Shown: positions 37,355 through 46,115 of the stretch, one piece after another
Layout: every line of letters begins with the position of its first letter
How positions within the stretch are numbered: the stretch's first letter is position 1
Assembly: GCA_902602795.1 (NCBI GenBank)
Contig: CACKSF010000001.1
Coordinates: 5,601-69,600 of the forward strand
Length of the DNA: 64,000 nt
Direction of reading: 5' to 3'
DNA from: an uncultured Fidelibacterota bacterium
GTDB taxonomy: Bacteria; Fidelibacterota; Marinisomatia; Marinisomatales; UBA1611
Program-made: the position numbers and the translations under genes
The notes under the pieces: generated by a model
Seen by the model: only the letters and a program-made list of their open reading frames with translations
What the model was told of the DNA's origin: nothing
Database searches by the model: none

Positions 37355-39472
37355 GTGAGCAGCTTAAAAAAATATTTTTTATACAGTTCCATAGTTGTTT
37401 TTATAGGTCTATTATTGGTTTTTTCTAGCATATTATTCCTATCAAAGAATCTTCCATCAATAGAACAATTAGAAAACTATGATCCTGACTTAGTAACTCG
37501 TATTTATTCCTCCGATGGAAAGGTTTTAGATGAATTATTTGTTCAAAAAAGAGTATTTACAGAATTAAATGAAATCCCAGAACATATGCAACAGGCAGTA
37601 GTTTCTTCAGAGGATCGAAAATTTTATGACCATTGGGGCCTTTCTTTAAGGAGTGTTGCTAGAGCGATTATGATAAACACCCTTTCTTTAAGCTACAGGC
37701 AAGGTTTTTCTACATTAACTCAGCAATTAGCAAGGAACCTATATAAATCTGTTGGTTTTGAAGATAGTATTCTTAGAAAAGTTAAAGAAGTAATTACGGC
37801 AATTCAGATTGAAAGAACATATACAAAAGACGAAATTTTAGAAATGTATCTAAATACTGTACATTTTGGCCATGGGACGTACGGTGTTGAAGCAGCAACA
37901 AAAAGATTTTTTGGAAAAGAATCTAAATTACTTTCCATAGATGAATCAGCACTTTTAGTTGGCTTACTACCAGCACCAGCTAGTTATTCCCCCATTCATC
38001 ATCCAAACAGGTCATTAAGGCGTCGAAATACAGTTCTTCGTTTGATGAGAGATCAAAATTTTATAAATAAAATTCAATATCAGGAAGCAAGATCAAAAGA
38101 TCTAGAATCTGTACAAGAGTTTACTAAAAGAGGGAGTGCTCCTTACTTTACTGAATATGTGCGCAGACTACTAGAAAAAGAAGACACAGAACTCAATATA
38201 AATATTTACCGAGACGGTCTTAAAATTTTTACAACTTTGGATTCAAGGTTGCAGGAGATTGCAGAAGATGCGGTACTAAAAACTGTAATTGATGACCAAA
38301 ATAGATTAAATAAAAGATTATTTAATAATCGAGAAGAATTTGAAAATTTAGCATATCTTACCATCTACCCTGAAGATAGTATAAAAATGATGCTACAAGG
38401 AAAGGATATATTATATAAAGATTTAAGAGCTAAGTTATTAGTCCAATCAGCCTTTGTAGCTTTGGATCCAAACACCGGTGGAATATTAGCTATGGTTGGA
38501 GGCAGGCCTGATTATCATGATCAATATAACCGAGCAGTACAAGCTAAGCGACAGCCCGGATCTGTTTTTAAACCATTTGTATATACAACAGCAATAAACA
38601 ATGGTTACCCGGTAACAGAACAACTACTAAATCAGCCAGTAGTTTTAAACATCCAAAATATGGATGGAACCTGGGTGAAATGGAAACCTCAAAATTATGA
38701 TGGAAGTACAGGAGGATTAACAACATTTCGAGAAGGTTTAAGAAAGTCAATGAATCTTATTTCTGTTCGAATGGTTCAGCAAGATATAGCACCTGCAGAG
38801 CAGGTAAAACAAACTGCAAAAAGAATGGGAATAAATACCGATATAAGGGCAGTAGATGCAATTGCCTTAGGTACTTCTGAAGTATTTCCCATGGAAATGG
38901 TAGCTGCTTATTCAGCATTATCAAATAAAGGTGTTTATTCAAAACCATTTGCTATTACAAAAATTGAAGATCGCTACGGTAATGTAATAAAAGATTATTT
39001 TCCTGAAAGAAGCGAAGTATTAAGCGAAGAAACAGCATATTTGATGACAAATATGATGCAGACAGTAATGGATAGAGGGACTGGGGGAAGTGCCCGTTGG
39101 AAATATAAATTTAATAGACCTGCAGCAGGTAAAACCGGAACAACACAAGGATGGAGTGACGCCTGGTTTGTTGGCTTTACACCTCAGATTGCAGCTGGCT
39201 GTTGGTTTGGAGTTGATGATTTCAAAGTTCCGCTAGGTCCGGGACAGGATGGAAGTAAAGCAGCACTACCCGCATGGGCAAGGTTTATGAAGGCTGCTCA
39301 TGATACACTTGAAATGCCAATTGAAAAATTTGAGAAACCGTCTGGAATCATAGATTTTACAATTTGTAATATAACAAAGAAAGTTCCAAGGCCAGCATGC
39401 CCAGTCGAGAAAGAAATTTATAAAGAAGGTACCGAGCCCACTCAAAATTGTAAATTACACAGGACTATTTAA
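37355..39472 (+). CDS. mrcA: bifunctional penicillin-binding protein 1A (glycosyltransferase 51 + transpeptidase)
   Basis: GT51 motifs EDRKFYDHWG and RQGFSTLTQQLARN. Transpeptidase motifs SVFKP (SxxK) and KTGTT. GTG start. Confidence 0.9.
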   Translation: MSSLKKYFLYSSIVVFIGLLLVFSSILFLSKNLPSIEQLENYDPDLVTRIYSSDGKVLDELFVQKRVFTELNEIPEHMQQAVVSSEDRKFYDHWGLSLRSVARAIMINTLSLSYRQGFSTLTQQLARNLYKSVGFEDSILRKVKEVITAIQIERTYTKDEILEMYLNTVHFGHGTYGVEAATKRFFGKESKLLSIDESALLVGLLPAPASYSPIHHPNRSLRRRNTVLRLMRDQNFINKIQYQEARSKDLESVQEFTKRGSAPYFTEYVRRLLEKEDTELNINIYRDGLKIFTTLDSRLQEIAEDAVLKTVIDDQNRLNKRLFNNREEFENLAYLTIYPEDSIKMMLQGKDILYKDLRAKLLVQSAFVALDPNTGGILAMVGGRPDYHDQYNRAVQAKRQPGSVFKPFVYTTAINNGYPVTEQLLNQPVVLNIQNMDGTWVKWKPQNYDGSTGGLTTFREGLRKSMNLISVRMVQQDIAPAEQVKQTAKRMGINTDIRAVDAIALGTSEVFPMEMVAAYSALSNKGVYSKPFAITKIEDRYGNVIKDYFPERSEVLSEETAYLMTNMMQTVMDRGTGGSARWKYKFNRPAAGKTGTTQGWSDAWFVGFTPQIAAGCWFGVDDFKVPLGPGQDGSKAALPAWARFMKAAHDTLEMPIEKFEKPSGIIDFTICNITKKVPRPACPVEKEIYKEGTEPTQNCKLHRTI

Positions 39473-39494
39473 ATTTATGTTTTAGAACTGCTCT

Positions 39495-40748
39495 CTATCT
39501 ATGAACCTTGATGGTATTTAAAAGTAATTCTGATGCTGAATCAAGTTTTTTGGAATTTGCGTTGAATGCTCTATAAATAGGACTACCTTTTTTAATTGTA
39601 TCACCAGGTTTTACAAAAAATTCTATTCCAGCAGTATTATCTAATCTCTCCAACTTTTCTTTTTTACCACATCCTAGTTCAATTAATGACCAGCCGATTT
39701 TTTCTGTGTCCATATAAATTATGGTTCCATTTTTAGTTGATCGGATTATTTTTTCATATTTTGGAATGATATTATTTTCAAATTGTTTTAAGCAGCCATT
39801 CTGAAGAGCAATCATTTTTTGGAAAAATTCAAATGCCTTACCTGTTTCTATAATTGTATTAAAAATTTCTTTTGACTCTTGTTTGTCTTTTGCTTTTCCT
39901 GCTTGAATTAATAAGCATGAACATAATTCAAAGGTATTGTTTATCAGATCTTGAGGACCGTTTCCTTTCAAACAATCTATTGCTTCAGTTATTTCACAAC
40001 CCAATCCTGCATATCTTCCAAGAGGTTGATTCATATCTGAATAAATAATATCTATTTTTATCCCGTAAGATATGGCTACCTTTTTAATAAGTATACTCAA
40101 TTCTAAAGCATCATTCTTTGTTTTCATAAATGCTCCATTTCCAACTTTTATGTCCATAACAAGCCCCATAATCCCCTCAGCAATTTTTTTACTCATTATT
40201 GAACTGCAGATAATTGGTATAGAAGGAACAGTTGCTGTCTGATTTCGCAATGCATAAATCTTATTATCAGCAGGGCAAATATTTTTGGATTGAGAAATAA
40301 TAGCACAACCTATATTTTCAACCCAACTTCTAAATTTATCAAGTGATGGAGTAACATTTATGCCTGGTATTGCCTCAAGCTTATCTATTGTCCCTCCAGT
40401 ATATTCAAGTCCTCTTCCTGCAATCATTGGTATTCGGATACCTGCAGCAGCCATAATTGGAGCTAAAATAATCGATGTTTTATCTCCAATCCCTCCGGTT
40501 GAATGTTTATCTGCGATGAAAAAATTAGATTTTTCAAATTTAACAACTTGGCCAGAATGAACCATTTCATCAACAAGAATTAATAATTCTTTTTCAGTCA
40601 TCCCGTTAAAATAAATTGCCATTAATAAGGCTGACATTTGTGCATCAGATATGTCGCCCCTTAAATATTTTGTAATAAACCAAGATAAATCATTGGATTT
40701 AAGTTCTTTTCCATTCCTTTTTCTTGCTATAATGTCTGATGGTATCAT
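39495..40748 (-). CDS. deoA: thymidine / pyrimidine-nucleoside phosphorylase
   Basis: KHSTGGIGDKTS phosphate-binding motif and SGRGLEYTGGTIDKLE-like region (AGRGLEYTGGTIDKLE). Confidence 0.9.
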   Translation of the reverse strand: MIPSDIIARKRNGKELKSNDLSWFITKYLRGDISDAQMSALLMAIYFNGMTEKELLILVDEMVHSGQVVKFEKSNFFIADKHSTGGIGDKTSIILAPIMAAAGIRIPMIAGRGLEYTGGTIDKLEAIPGINVTPSLDKFRSWVENIGCAIISQSKNICPADNKIYALRNQTATVPSIPIICSSIMSKKIAEGIMGLVMDIKVGNGAFMKTKNDALELSILIKKVAISYGIKIDIIYSDMNQPLGRYAGLGCEITEAIDCLKGNGPQDLINNTFELCSCLLIQAGKAKDKQESKEIFNTIIETGKAFEFFQKMIALQNGCLKQFENNIIPKYEKIIRSTKNGTIIYMDTEKIGWSLIELGCGKKEKLERLDNTAGIEFFVKPGDTIKKGSPIYRAFNANSKKLDSASELLLNTIKVHR

Positions 40749-42109
40749 TAGTTTGTTTTGTTTTTTAAAAAATTAAAAAGCGGAATTGGCGCTCTTTCTC
40801 GAATTGCATATAGTACTAAGTATAATGCAATAATTAATAAAAATCCGTTTGGAGCCCACATTCCCATTTCTGGGCTGACATGATTTCTATCTGCAAGTTC
40901 CTCTCCTGTAATTAAAAGAATATAATATAATAAAAAAAATCCAAAACTTAATGCAGTGCTTATTGCAAACCCCCCTCTTTTTGCCATTACCCCTAAAGGT
41001 GCTCCTAAAAGAACAAACAGAATACATGCAAAAGGTATTGAAAACTTTTTATGGGCTTCCACTTTGTACTTATTTTTCCCTTTATGATAGCTTTTTATAA
41101 GGTTAAAATCATTTTTTAGTTGCCTTTCTAAGCTCTTAAGTTGTCGCTCTTTTTTATTTAATTGATTAACTGTGCTGAATGAGTTTTTTTTCAACGAATC
41201 TTTTACAATTGAAATAGTTAATAATCCGTCATTTATATCTTTTGGTAATATACTGTCTCCAGTAGTTCTATAAAATGCACCTTTTATTCTTTTGTTTACA
41301 ATTTCAAGTTTTGTATTGTATTTTTTTATTTTGTTCATAATCATAGGTATAGTCATTTCTCTATCCGTTCTGTTTGAAGAATCTCTACGGTTTAAAAGAA
41401 TATTTTCCGCAGGAATTAAAATCCTGTGGGTATCAAATAAGATTCTTCGATAATTCATATAATCTTTATTTTCAATCTCATGTATTTCACCATTACTTAA
41501 TGTCAATAAAAAAGCATTTGAAAGAGTAGAAAGATTTCCTTTTTTTGCGTAGATACTTGTTTGAGATTCAGTTTTTCCTTTAGAAAAAATTCTAACATTT
41601 ATTAAAGTTGAGTCCTTTTTATCACTTATGATCATATTGTAATTAGGAATGTTATCAAGAAAAACTCCAGGTTCGATATTGACATCGGGCATTTTTTTAT
41701 AAATATCTCCTGAAAGTAAACGAGCTTTAAAATTCATTTCCGGTAAAACATAATTATTGAAGATAATTAGTAAAAAAGCAATACTTAATCCAAAAATAAG
41801 TGGAGGGCTAAGGATTGAAATAAAACTAATGCCAGAAGATCTTAAAGCATTAATTTCATTGTCTTCAGAAAGTCTACCAAATGTTGTTAATGTTGCAAGC
41901 AACATGGCCATTGGTATTGAAAGAGCAATAATCCATGCTAAATTAAAAAATAAATACTCGATGATTATAGATATTTCTAGCCCCTTTCCTAAAAAGCGAT
42001 CTATCGCCCTCAATAAAAAGTTCACAAATAAGATAAACGTAATAATTAGTAATGAGATCAAAAATGGTGAGGAAATTTCTCGAAAGAGGTATTTTGTGAT
42101 GAGTCGCAT
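40748..42109 (-). CDS. LptF/LptG-family (YjgP/YjgQ) permease
   Basis: MRLITKYLFREISSPFL start, 3+3 TM layout around a large periplasmic domain. Confidence 0.75.
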   Translation of the reverse strand: MRLITKYLFREISSPFLISLLIITFILFVNFLLRAIDRFLGKGLEISIIIEYLFFNLAWIIALSIPMAMLLATLTTFGRLSEDNEINALRSSGISFISILSPPLIFGLSIAFLLIIFNNYVLPEMNFKARLLSGDIYKKMPDVNIEPGVFLDNIPNYNMIISDKKDSTLINVRIFSKGKTESQTSIYAKKGNLSTLSNAFLLTLSNGEIHEIENKDYMNYRRILFDTHRILIPAENILLNRRDSSNRTDREMTIPMIMNKIKKYNTKLEIVNKRIKGAFYRTTGDSILPKDINDGLLTISIVKDSLKKNSFSTVNQLNKKERQLKSLERQLKNDFNLIKSYHKGKNKYKVEAHKKFSIPFACILFVLLGAPLGVMAKRGGFAISTALSFGFFLLYYILLITGEELADRNHVSPEMGMWAPNGFLLIIALYLVLYAIRERAPIPLFNFLKNKTN

Positions 42110-42237
42110 AAAGGAATTTAATACAATAAAATATATTAGATATTTAAGAATAAATGTTTAATTAAAAAGTCTTCAAATAAGAGTTTAATTATTTTAAATT
42201 AACATTTGTTTTAGTTAAAAATAATCTTGGTTCTTAT

Positions 42238-42314
42238 GGTGGGTGTAGCTCAGCTGGTTAGAGCACCTGGTTGTGGCCCAGGAGGCCGTGGGTTCAAGTC
42301 CCATCACTCACCCA
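42238..42314 (+). tRNA. tRNA-His (GTG)
   Basis: Hand-folded cloverleaf: G-1 + GTGGGTG acceptor, anticodon arm CCTGG-TTGTGGC-CCAGG, T-arm GTGGG-TTCAAGT-CCCAT. Confidence 0.85.
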
Positions 42315-42322
42315 GATAATTT

Positions 42323-42397
42323 CGGGGTATAGCGTAGTCCGGTTAACGCGCCTGCTTTGGGAGCAGGAGATCGGGAGTTCAAATCTCTCTACCCCGA
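42323..42397 (+). tRNA. tRNA-Pro (TGG)
   Basis: Acceptor CGGGGTA/TACCCCG, anticodon arm CCTGC-TTTGGGA-GCAGG, T-arm GGGAG-TTCAAAT-CTCTC. Confidence 0.9.
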
Positions 42398-42399
42398 CA
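42355..42399 (+). repeat. attL core (inside the intact tRNA-Pro)
   Basis: CTTTGGGAGCAGGAGATCGGGAGTTCAAATCTCTCTACCCCGACA. Confidence 0.8.
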
Positions 42400-42426
42400 C
42401 TCGAGAATGCCAAATATCTCTCGACA

Positions 42427-42455
42427 AAAGCCCTGCTAGTAAGCGGGGCTTTTAC
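42427..42455 (+). terminator. rho-independent terminator after tRNA-Pro
   Basis: AAAGCCCTGC-TAGTAA-GCGGGGCTTTT hairpin plus T tract. Confidence 0.6.
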
Positions 42456-42490
42456 TTTCAATGATTATCAATCTTTATCATTAATAGCCA

Positions 42491-42520
42491 AAAACGGGAC
42501 AAAAAAAACGGGACAAAAGG
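42491..42520 (+). repeat. tandem direct repeat AAAACGGGACAAAA x2 next to attL (possible arm-type recombinase sites)
   Basis: aaaacgggacaaaa-a-aaaacgggacaaaa. The GGGACAAAAG core recurs in repeat family B. Confidence 0.5.
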
Positions 42521-42735
42521 GCACCCCGCGAGTTGGGTCCCATCTACCCATAATTCCATTGGGACTCCTACAGAGGTTATTATAATATTTTCTTTAATCA
42601 TTATTTTAGCTACATTCAAATATCATCAGGAGTGGTTTCATATTTGAAACCCACCAACCGAGCCCAGATAAATCATGGTCACGGTGGTTAGAGCCTTAAA
42701 CGCTAGATGTGCCCAGGAAAATGGGAAACATGATT

Positions 42736-42775
42736 AGCCGCCTGATGTGCGGCTTTTTTCGTTTATAGACCTACC
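42736..42775 (+). repeat. junction repeat A, diverged copy (A0)
   Basis: AGCCGC-CTGATGT-GCGGCTTTTTTCGTTTATAGACCTACC: hairpin, T tract and GTTT..TAG box in the same layout as the A family. Confidence 0.45.
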
Positions 42776-42808
42776 TAATGTGTTAACTAAAATAAAAGGA
42801 GACACATC

Positions 42809-43063
42809 ATGTCAAAAAATAAAAAACAACAATTAAAGGATATTAAGACTGAAGAATTAGATGTTAATGGTAATCCAATAGACCCTAATAGAGAATACAT
42901 TGGAAATAAAGTTAAAGTACCGATGGCATCTTTAAATTCATCTATTTATAAAACACCCACTACTATAATACTCAAAGGAAAACCAATAACGTCAGACAAA
43001 AAGAAGAAAGCAAAGTTACTTGAATTCATAAGTAGAGCCCCCATTAGTTTTGATTCAGAATAG
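42809..43063 (+). CDS. hypothetical lysine-rich protein
   Basis: ORF preceded by a strong SD (AAAGGAGA-N6-ATG). No motif recognised. Confidence 0.5.
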   Translation: MSKNKKQQLKDIKTEELDVNGNPIDPNREYIGNKVKVPMASLNSSIYKTPTTIILKGKPITSDKKKKAKLLEFISRAPISFDSE

Positions 43064-43240
43064 AGAAACTGTTGCCAGTTTATTCTTCAAGAGAACTGGC
43101 GTACCCTATCAGAACTGGATTCAGGCATGGGCAGTGACAAAACTGCAAAAACAAAAAGGAGGGGATACAAAATGTCATTGTAATAAGTCATCACGCCTTA
43201 CCAGAAAAGATGAATAGAAAACGTGATTTTGTTGTGCAAG

Positions 43241-43289
43241 AAGCCCCACATTAGTGGGGTTTTTTTTTGTGGGATGATGGGTAGATTTG
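43241..43289 (+). repeat. junction repeat A1
   Basis: AAGCCCCACATTAGTGGGGTTTTTTTTTGTGGGATGATGGGTAGATTTG. Confidence 0.85.
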
Positions 43290-43363
43290 AACTTTAAGTA
43301 TTTTTTATTTAAGTATAATTTAACTATTATTAAATAATATTTAACCAAAATAGATTATAAAAT

Positions 43364-43858
43364 ATGATTAAACATTTACTATTACTTCTATTCATTGGAT
43401 TAGCTTGGGGGCAAGAAGACTTAGTAATTAAGAAAGCTGAAAGTAGCATTAAATTGAAAAATGGTCAAAAACTAATTATCAGATATACTAATGTGGAATC
43501 AAATGTAGTCCTTATCACTGAAGGAGAGTTTAAAAGCGTTGATAACGACTTTTTGATGATTAGTACTGAAAATGTAATTGCTGAAAAAATATCTCTACCA
43601 TCAATAACAAAGATTACTGTTCCATCAAAAATTCCAGCCAATATAAGTTTTATAAAAGGCTCTTGCTCTGGGGCTGGAATTGGTTTGATATTAATTGGTA
43701 TAATGGCTTATAACGACCCACTTAATTCTATAGCTGCACCTGGTTTTGCAATGGTGGGGGCTTTTTTAGGTGGTTTAGTAAGTTATATTGCTCCAAAATT
43801 TAGGAAAACTAAAGGCTACTTAATTCAAAATGATGAGTGGAAAATAGTAAATGACTAA
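43364..43858 (+). CDS. signal-peptide protein with C-terminal glycine-zipper membrane anchor
   Basis: MIKHLLLLLFIGLAWGQ signal; C-terminus GSCSGAGIGLILIGIMAY...VGAFLGGLVSYIA. Confidence 0.6.
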   Translation: MIKHLLLLLFIGLAWGQEDLVIKKAESSIKLKNGQKLIIRYTNVESNVVLITEGEFKSVDNDFLMISTENVIAEKISLPSITKITVPSKIPANISFIKGSCSGAGIGLILIGIMAYNDPLNSIAAPGFAMVGAFLGGLVSYIAPKFRKTKGYLIQNDEWKIVND

Positions 43859-44768
43859 ATACCTTATACTATCAATATTCATTGGGTTGGCTTGGGGGCA
43901 AGATTTCAATCAGAAAGGCTACTTAAGAAATTTAGAAGCATCAATTTGCATGAGCCATTGTGGTGCATATTACCTTGAGGACGAATTAGGATATTTTCTT
44001 AATTACATATCTGATGAAAATGATTCATTAAATTTAGAATATTATTTAAATAGATTCGTAAATATTGAGGGAGATTCAATTTCTTGTACCGAATGCATTG
44101 GCATTGATGTAATAAGAATTGATATTTCAAATGATTGTGATTTACCAGTTGATTGTTTTGCTCACCCCTGTTCAACAAGTAACTGTTTTTCTCATCCAAC
44201 TGCTGAATGTATCCCAAATTATTGTGGAGGCTGTTGGTCAGACTACTACTTAGATAGTGAATTAATAGAGTGTGAAGTTCCTGAAGGATGTATTGATTTA
44301 ACAGGAGTTGATTTCGGTGAATGTGAGATGGCTCTTGGCATCGGTTGGGTTAATAATAGCTGTGAATATATTTCAGGATGCGATTGGATTGTAGACAATG
44401 TGGATTTTAGTGAAGCCTTTTTTTCTTCTATGGATAGTTGTCAACAAACCTGTATGGTTTTACATAATGATGAAGACCCTTTATTTCCTAGCCATTATTA
44501 TATCTATAATAATTATCCAAACCCATTTAATCCTTTTACTACAATAAGATACTACTTACCAGAAGATAGGTTAGTAATTATCACGGTTTATGACTTGCTT
44601 GGAAATGTCATTAAACATTTAGCTGATGAGGTTCAAAGTTCTGGTTACAAATCAATCCAATGGAATGCTACAAACAATCAAGGCCAGCCAGTATCAGCAG
44701 GAGTATATCTCTACAGCATTGAGGCGGGAGAGTTCAGACAAATTAAAAAGATGATATTATTGAAATAG
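43851..44768 (+). CDS. cysteine-rich secreted protein with T9SS sorting domain
   Basis: Signal MTKYLILSIFIGLAWGQ, more than 20 Cys, C-terminus NYPNPFNPFTTIRYYL...GVYLYSIEAGEFRQIKKMILLK. 8-nt overlap with the upstream gene. Confidence 0.75.
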   Translation: MTKYLILSIFIGLAWGQDFNQKGYLRNLEASICMSHCGAYYLEDELGYFLNYISDENDSLNLEYYLNRFVNIEGDSISCTECIGIDVIRIDISNDCDLPVDCFAHPCSTSNCFSHPTAECIPNYCGGCWSDYYLDSELIECEVPEGCIDLTGVDFGECEMALGIGWVNNSCEYISGCDWIVDNVDFSEAFFSSMDSCQQTCMVLHNDEDPLFPSHYYIYNNYPNPFNPFTTIRYYLPEDRLVIITVYDLLGNVIKHLADEVQSSGYKSIQWNATNNQGQPVSAGVYLYSIEAGEFRQIKKMILLK

Positions 44769-44786
44769 AATTAGCTATATGCATTC

Positions 44787-44836
44787 AAGCCCCGCATATG
44801 TGGGGTTTTTTGTTTGTGGGATGATGGGTATATTTA
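44787..44836 (+). repeat. junction repeat A2
   Basis: AAGCCCCGCATATGTGGGGTTTTTTGTTTGTGGGATGATGGGTATATTTA. Confidence 0.85.
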
Positions 44837-44839
44837 TGG

Positions 44840-44950
44840 ATGGGATACGGGAGAACATTAGAAGAAAAAATAATTATTGGAGTTTTTTTAATAGGGATGT
44901 TAGCTTGGTGGGCTTACAACGAATATAAGATAGATAACCCAGATGAATAA
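44840..44950 (+). CDS. possible 36-aa single-TM peptide
   Basis: MGYGRTLEEKIIIGVFLIGMLAWWAYNEYKIDNPDE. Starts 4 nt after the A2 box, and its stop overlaps the next ATG (ATGAATAA). Below the ORF-track length cutoff. Confidence 0.35.
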   Translation: MGYGRTLEEKIIIGVFLIGMLAWWAYNEYKIDNPDE

Positions 44951-45191
44951 GCACTTAACATTATTAATGTTTTTCTTTTTAGCTTTTTGGAGTTGTGCCT
45001 CAACCAGCGATGACGCATTAAGGCAACAAGAGAATTTTATAAATAATCATCCTACTTGGAAAGGTAATTCATTTAATTTTGAGAAACGAAAGCCCGAATT
45101 AAACGCTCTTGAAATAATTGAAAAAATTAATAAAGAAAAGAAAATGGACGCTAAAATAGATTCAATCATTTTAAACCAAAGCAAACAATAA
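44943..45191 (+). CDS. small putative lipoprotein
   Basis: MNKHLTLLMFFFLAFWSC signal with Cys; no other motif. Confidence 0.5.
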   Translation: MNKHLTLLMFFFLAFWSCASTSDDALRQQENFINNHPTWKGNSFNFEKRKPELNALEIIEKINKEKKMDAKIDSIILNQSKQ

Positions 45192-45196
45192 TTATT

Positions 45197-45256
45197 TAAG
45201 CTGATACGTCCAGTATAGTGTACTTCTGTCCTTTTAAGACATAAGGGACAAAAGAA
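45197..45256 (+). repeat. repeat B1
   Basis: TAAGCTGATACGTCCAGTATAGTGTACTTCTGTCCTTTTAAGACATAAGGGACAAAAGAA; ~85% identical to B2 at 53779-53839. Confidence 0.75.
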
Positions 45257-45377
45257 ATAAACGCCCCCCTATGCCACCTTCTCAAAGTAGTAGGGGTAGT
45301 ATTATATCTCAAAGATAACTTTCCCCTATAAAAAGGATTTTAAAAAACAATATTTATGGAGAAATGAAAGAAATGAT

Positions 45378-45521
45378 ATGCTAAGAAATCATTTCCAAAA
45401 GAAAGGAAAAGTCTTTTTATATACTAACGCTGAACTTAATGAATTATTATCTGATGCAGATAATAATGATGAAGATTATGATACTATAAATGGTAATGAT
45501 TGGGGTGATGATTGGGAATAA
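45378..45521 (+). CDS. possible 47-aa acidic peptide
   Basis: MLRNHFQKKGKVFLYTNAELNELLSDADNNDEDYDTINGNDWGDDWE; ORF only, no homology evidence. Confidence 0.25.
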   Translation: MLRNHFQKKGKVFLYTNAELNELLSDADNNDEDYDTINGNDWGDDWE

Positions 45522-45872
45522 TAAGATGGGTATTTAAAAATCTTAAAAGATGTATTATATATTTTTAATTAAAATGAAATTTTAACCTTTATACATATAC
45601 CCCTCCCATTATAAACCAAAACAAAGTCCATACGCTCAAAGAATGCGTTTATAGTAAGTTAAATCTGATATTTATTCTCAACTTCCCCGACCCTCTCTTC
45701 TACCTTAAAATAAAATAATATCATTTTTTTTTCTTCATCTGTGAGTTGCAAATGATATAGTGTTTAGGTTTATATTTACTAGCCCAGTCTAACAATATCA
45801 GGTTAGAAAGAAGATGGAACAAGAGATGATTAATCGCACTCGAATAGGGTGTGAATAAAAAAGGCTATAAAG

Positions 45873-46115
45873 ATGAAACTAGGCAACAATTTCCTTATAT
45901 CCATAATGGAGAGACTCGATAGAATTGAGTCATAAATAAATAATCCAAAAGCAAATTCTCGCAAATTATTATCTATTAAAGATATTATTGATTTCTCTGG
46001 AATATCTGATCCCACCATAAGACGATCAATAAAAAGAGGGACACTAAAGGCATATAAGAAAGAAGGGAAGAAGTTGTTTCGAAGAGCAGATGTAGAAAAC
46101 TGGCTCAAAGAATAA
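45873..46115 (+). pseudogene. Xis/AlpA-type helix-turn-helix (HTH_17-like) gene interrupted by an in-frame TAA
   Basis: After TAA at 45933-45935 the same frame reads INNPKANSRKLLSIKDIIDFSGISDPTIRRSIKRGTLKAYKKEGKKLFRRADVENWLKE*, an excisionase-like HTH. There is no ATG/GTG/TTG after the stop. TAATG overlap with the primase gene. Confidence 0.5.

Noticed and set aside
387-40560. Numerous 60-130-aa ORFs nested antisense or out of frame within long genes (e.g. 387-668, 873-1073, 3330-3608, 11888-12073, 36523-36861, 41757-42161)
   Set aside because: Each lies entirely inside a confidently identified gene on the other strand or in another frame and shows no motif. They are treated as shadow ORFs.
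42271-42585. 104-aa ORF on the + strand
   Set aside because: It runs straight through tRNA-His, tRNA-Pro and their terminator, so it is an artefact of ORF calling.
43262-43289. The conserved box ATGATGGGTAGATTT as a conserved N-terminal peptide (MMGRF...)
   Set aside because: The downstream reading frames differ between copies and most terminate within a few codons. Conservation is at the DNA level, not the peptide level.
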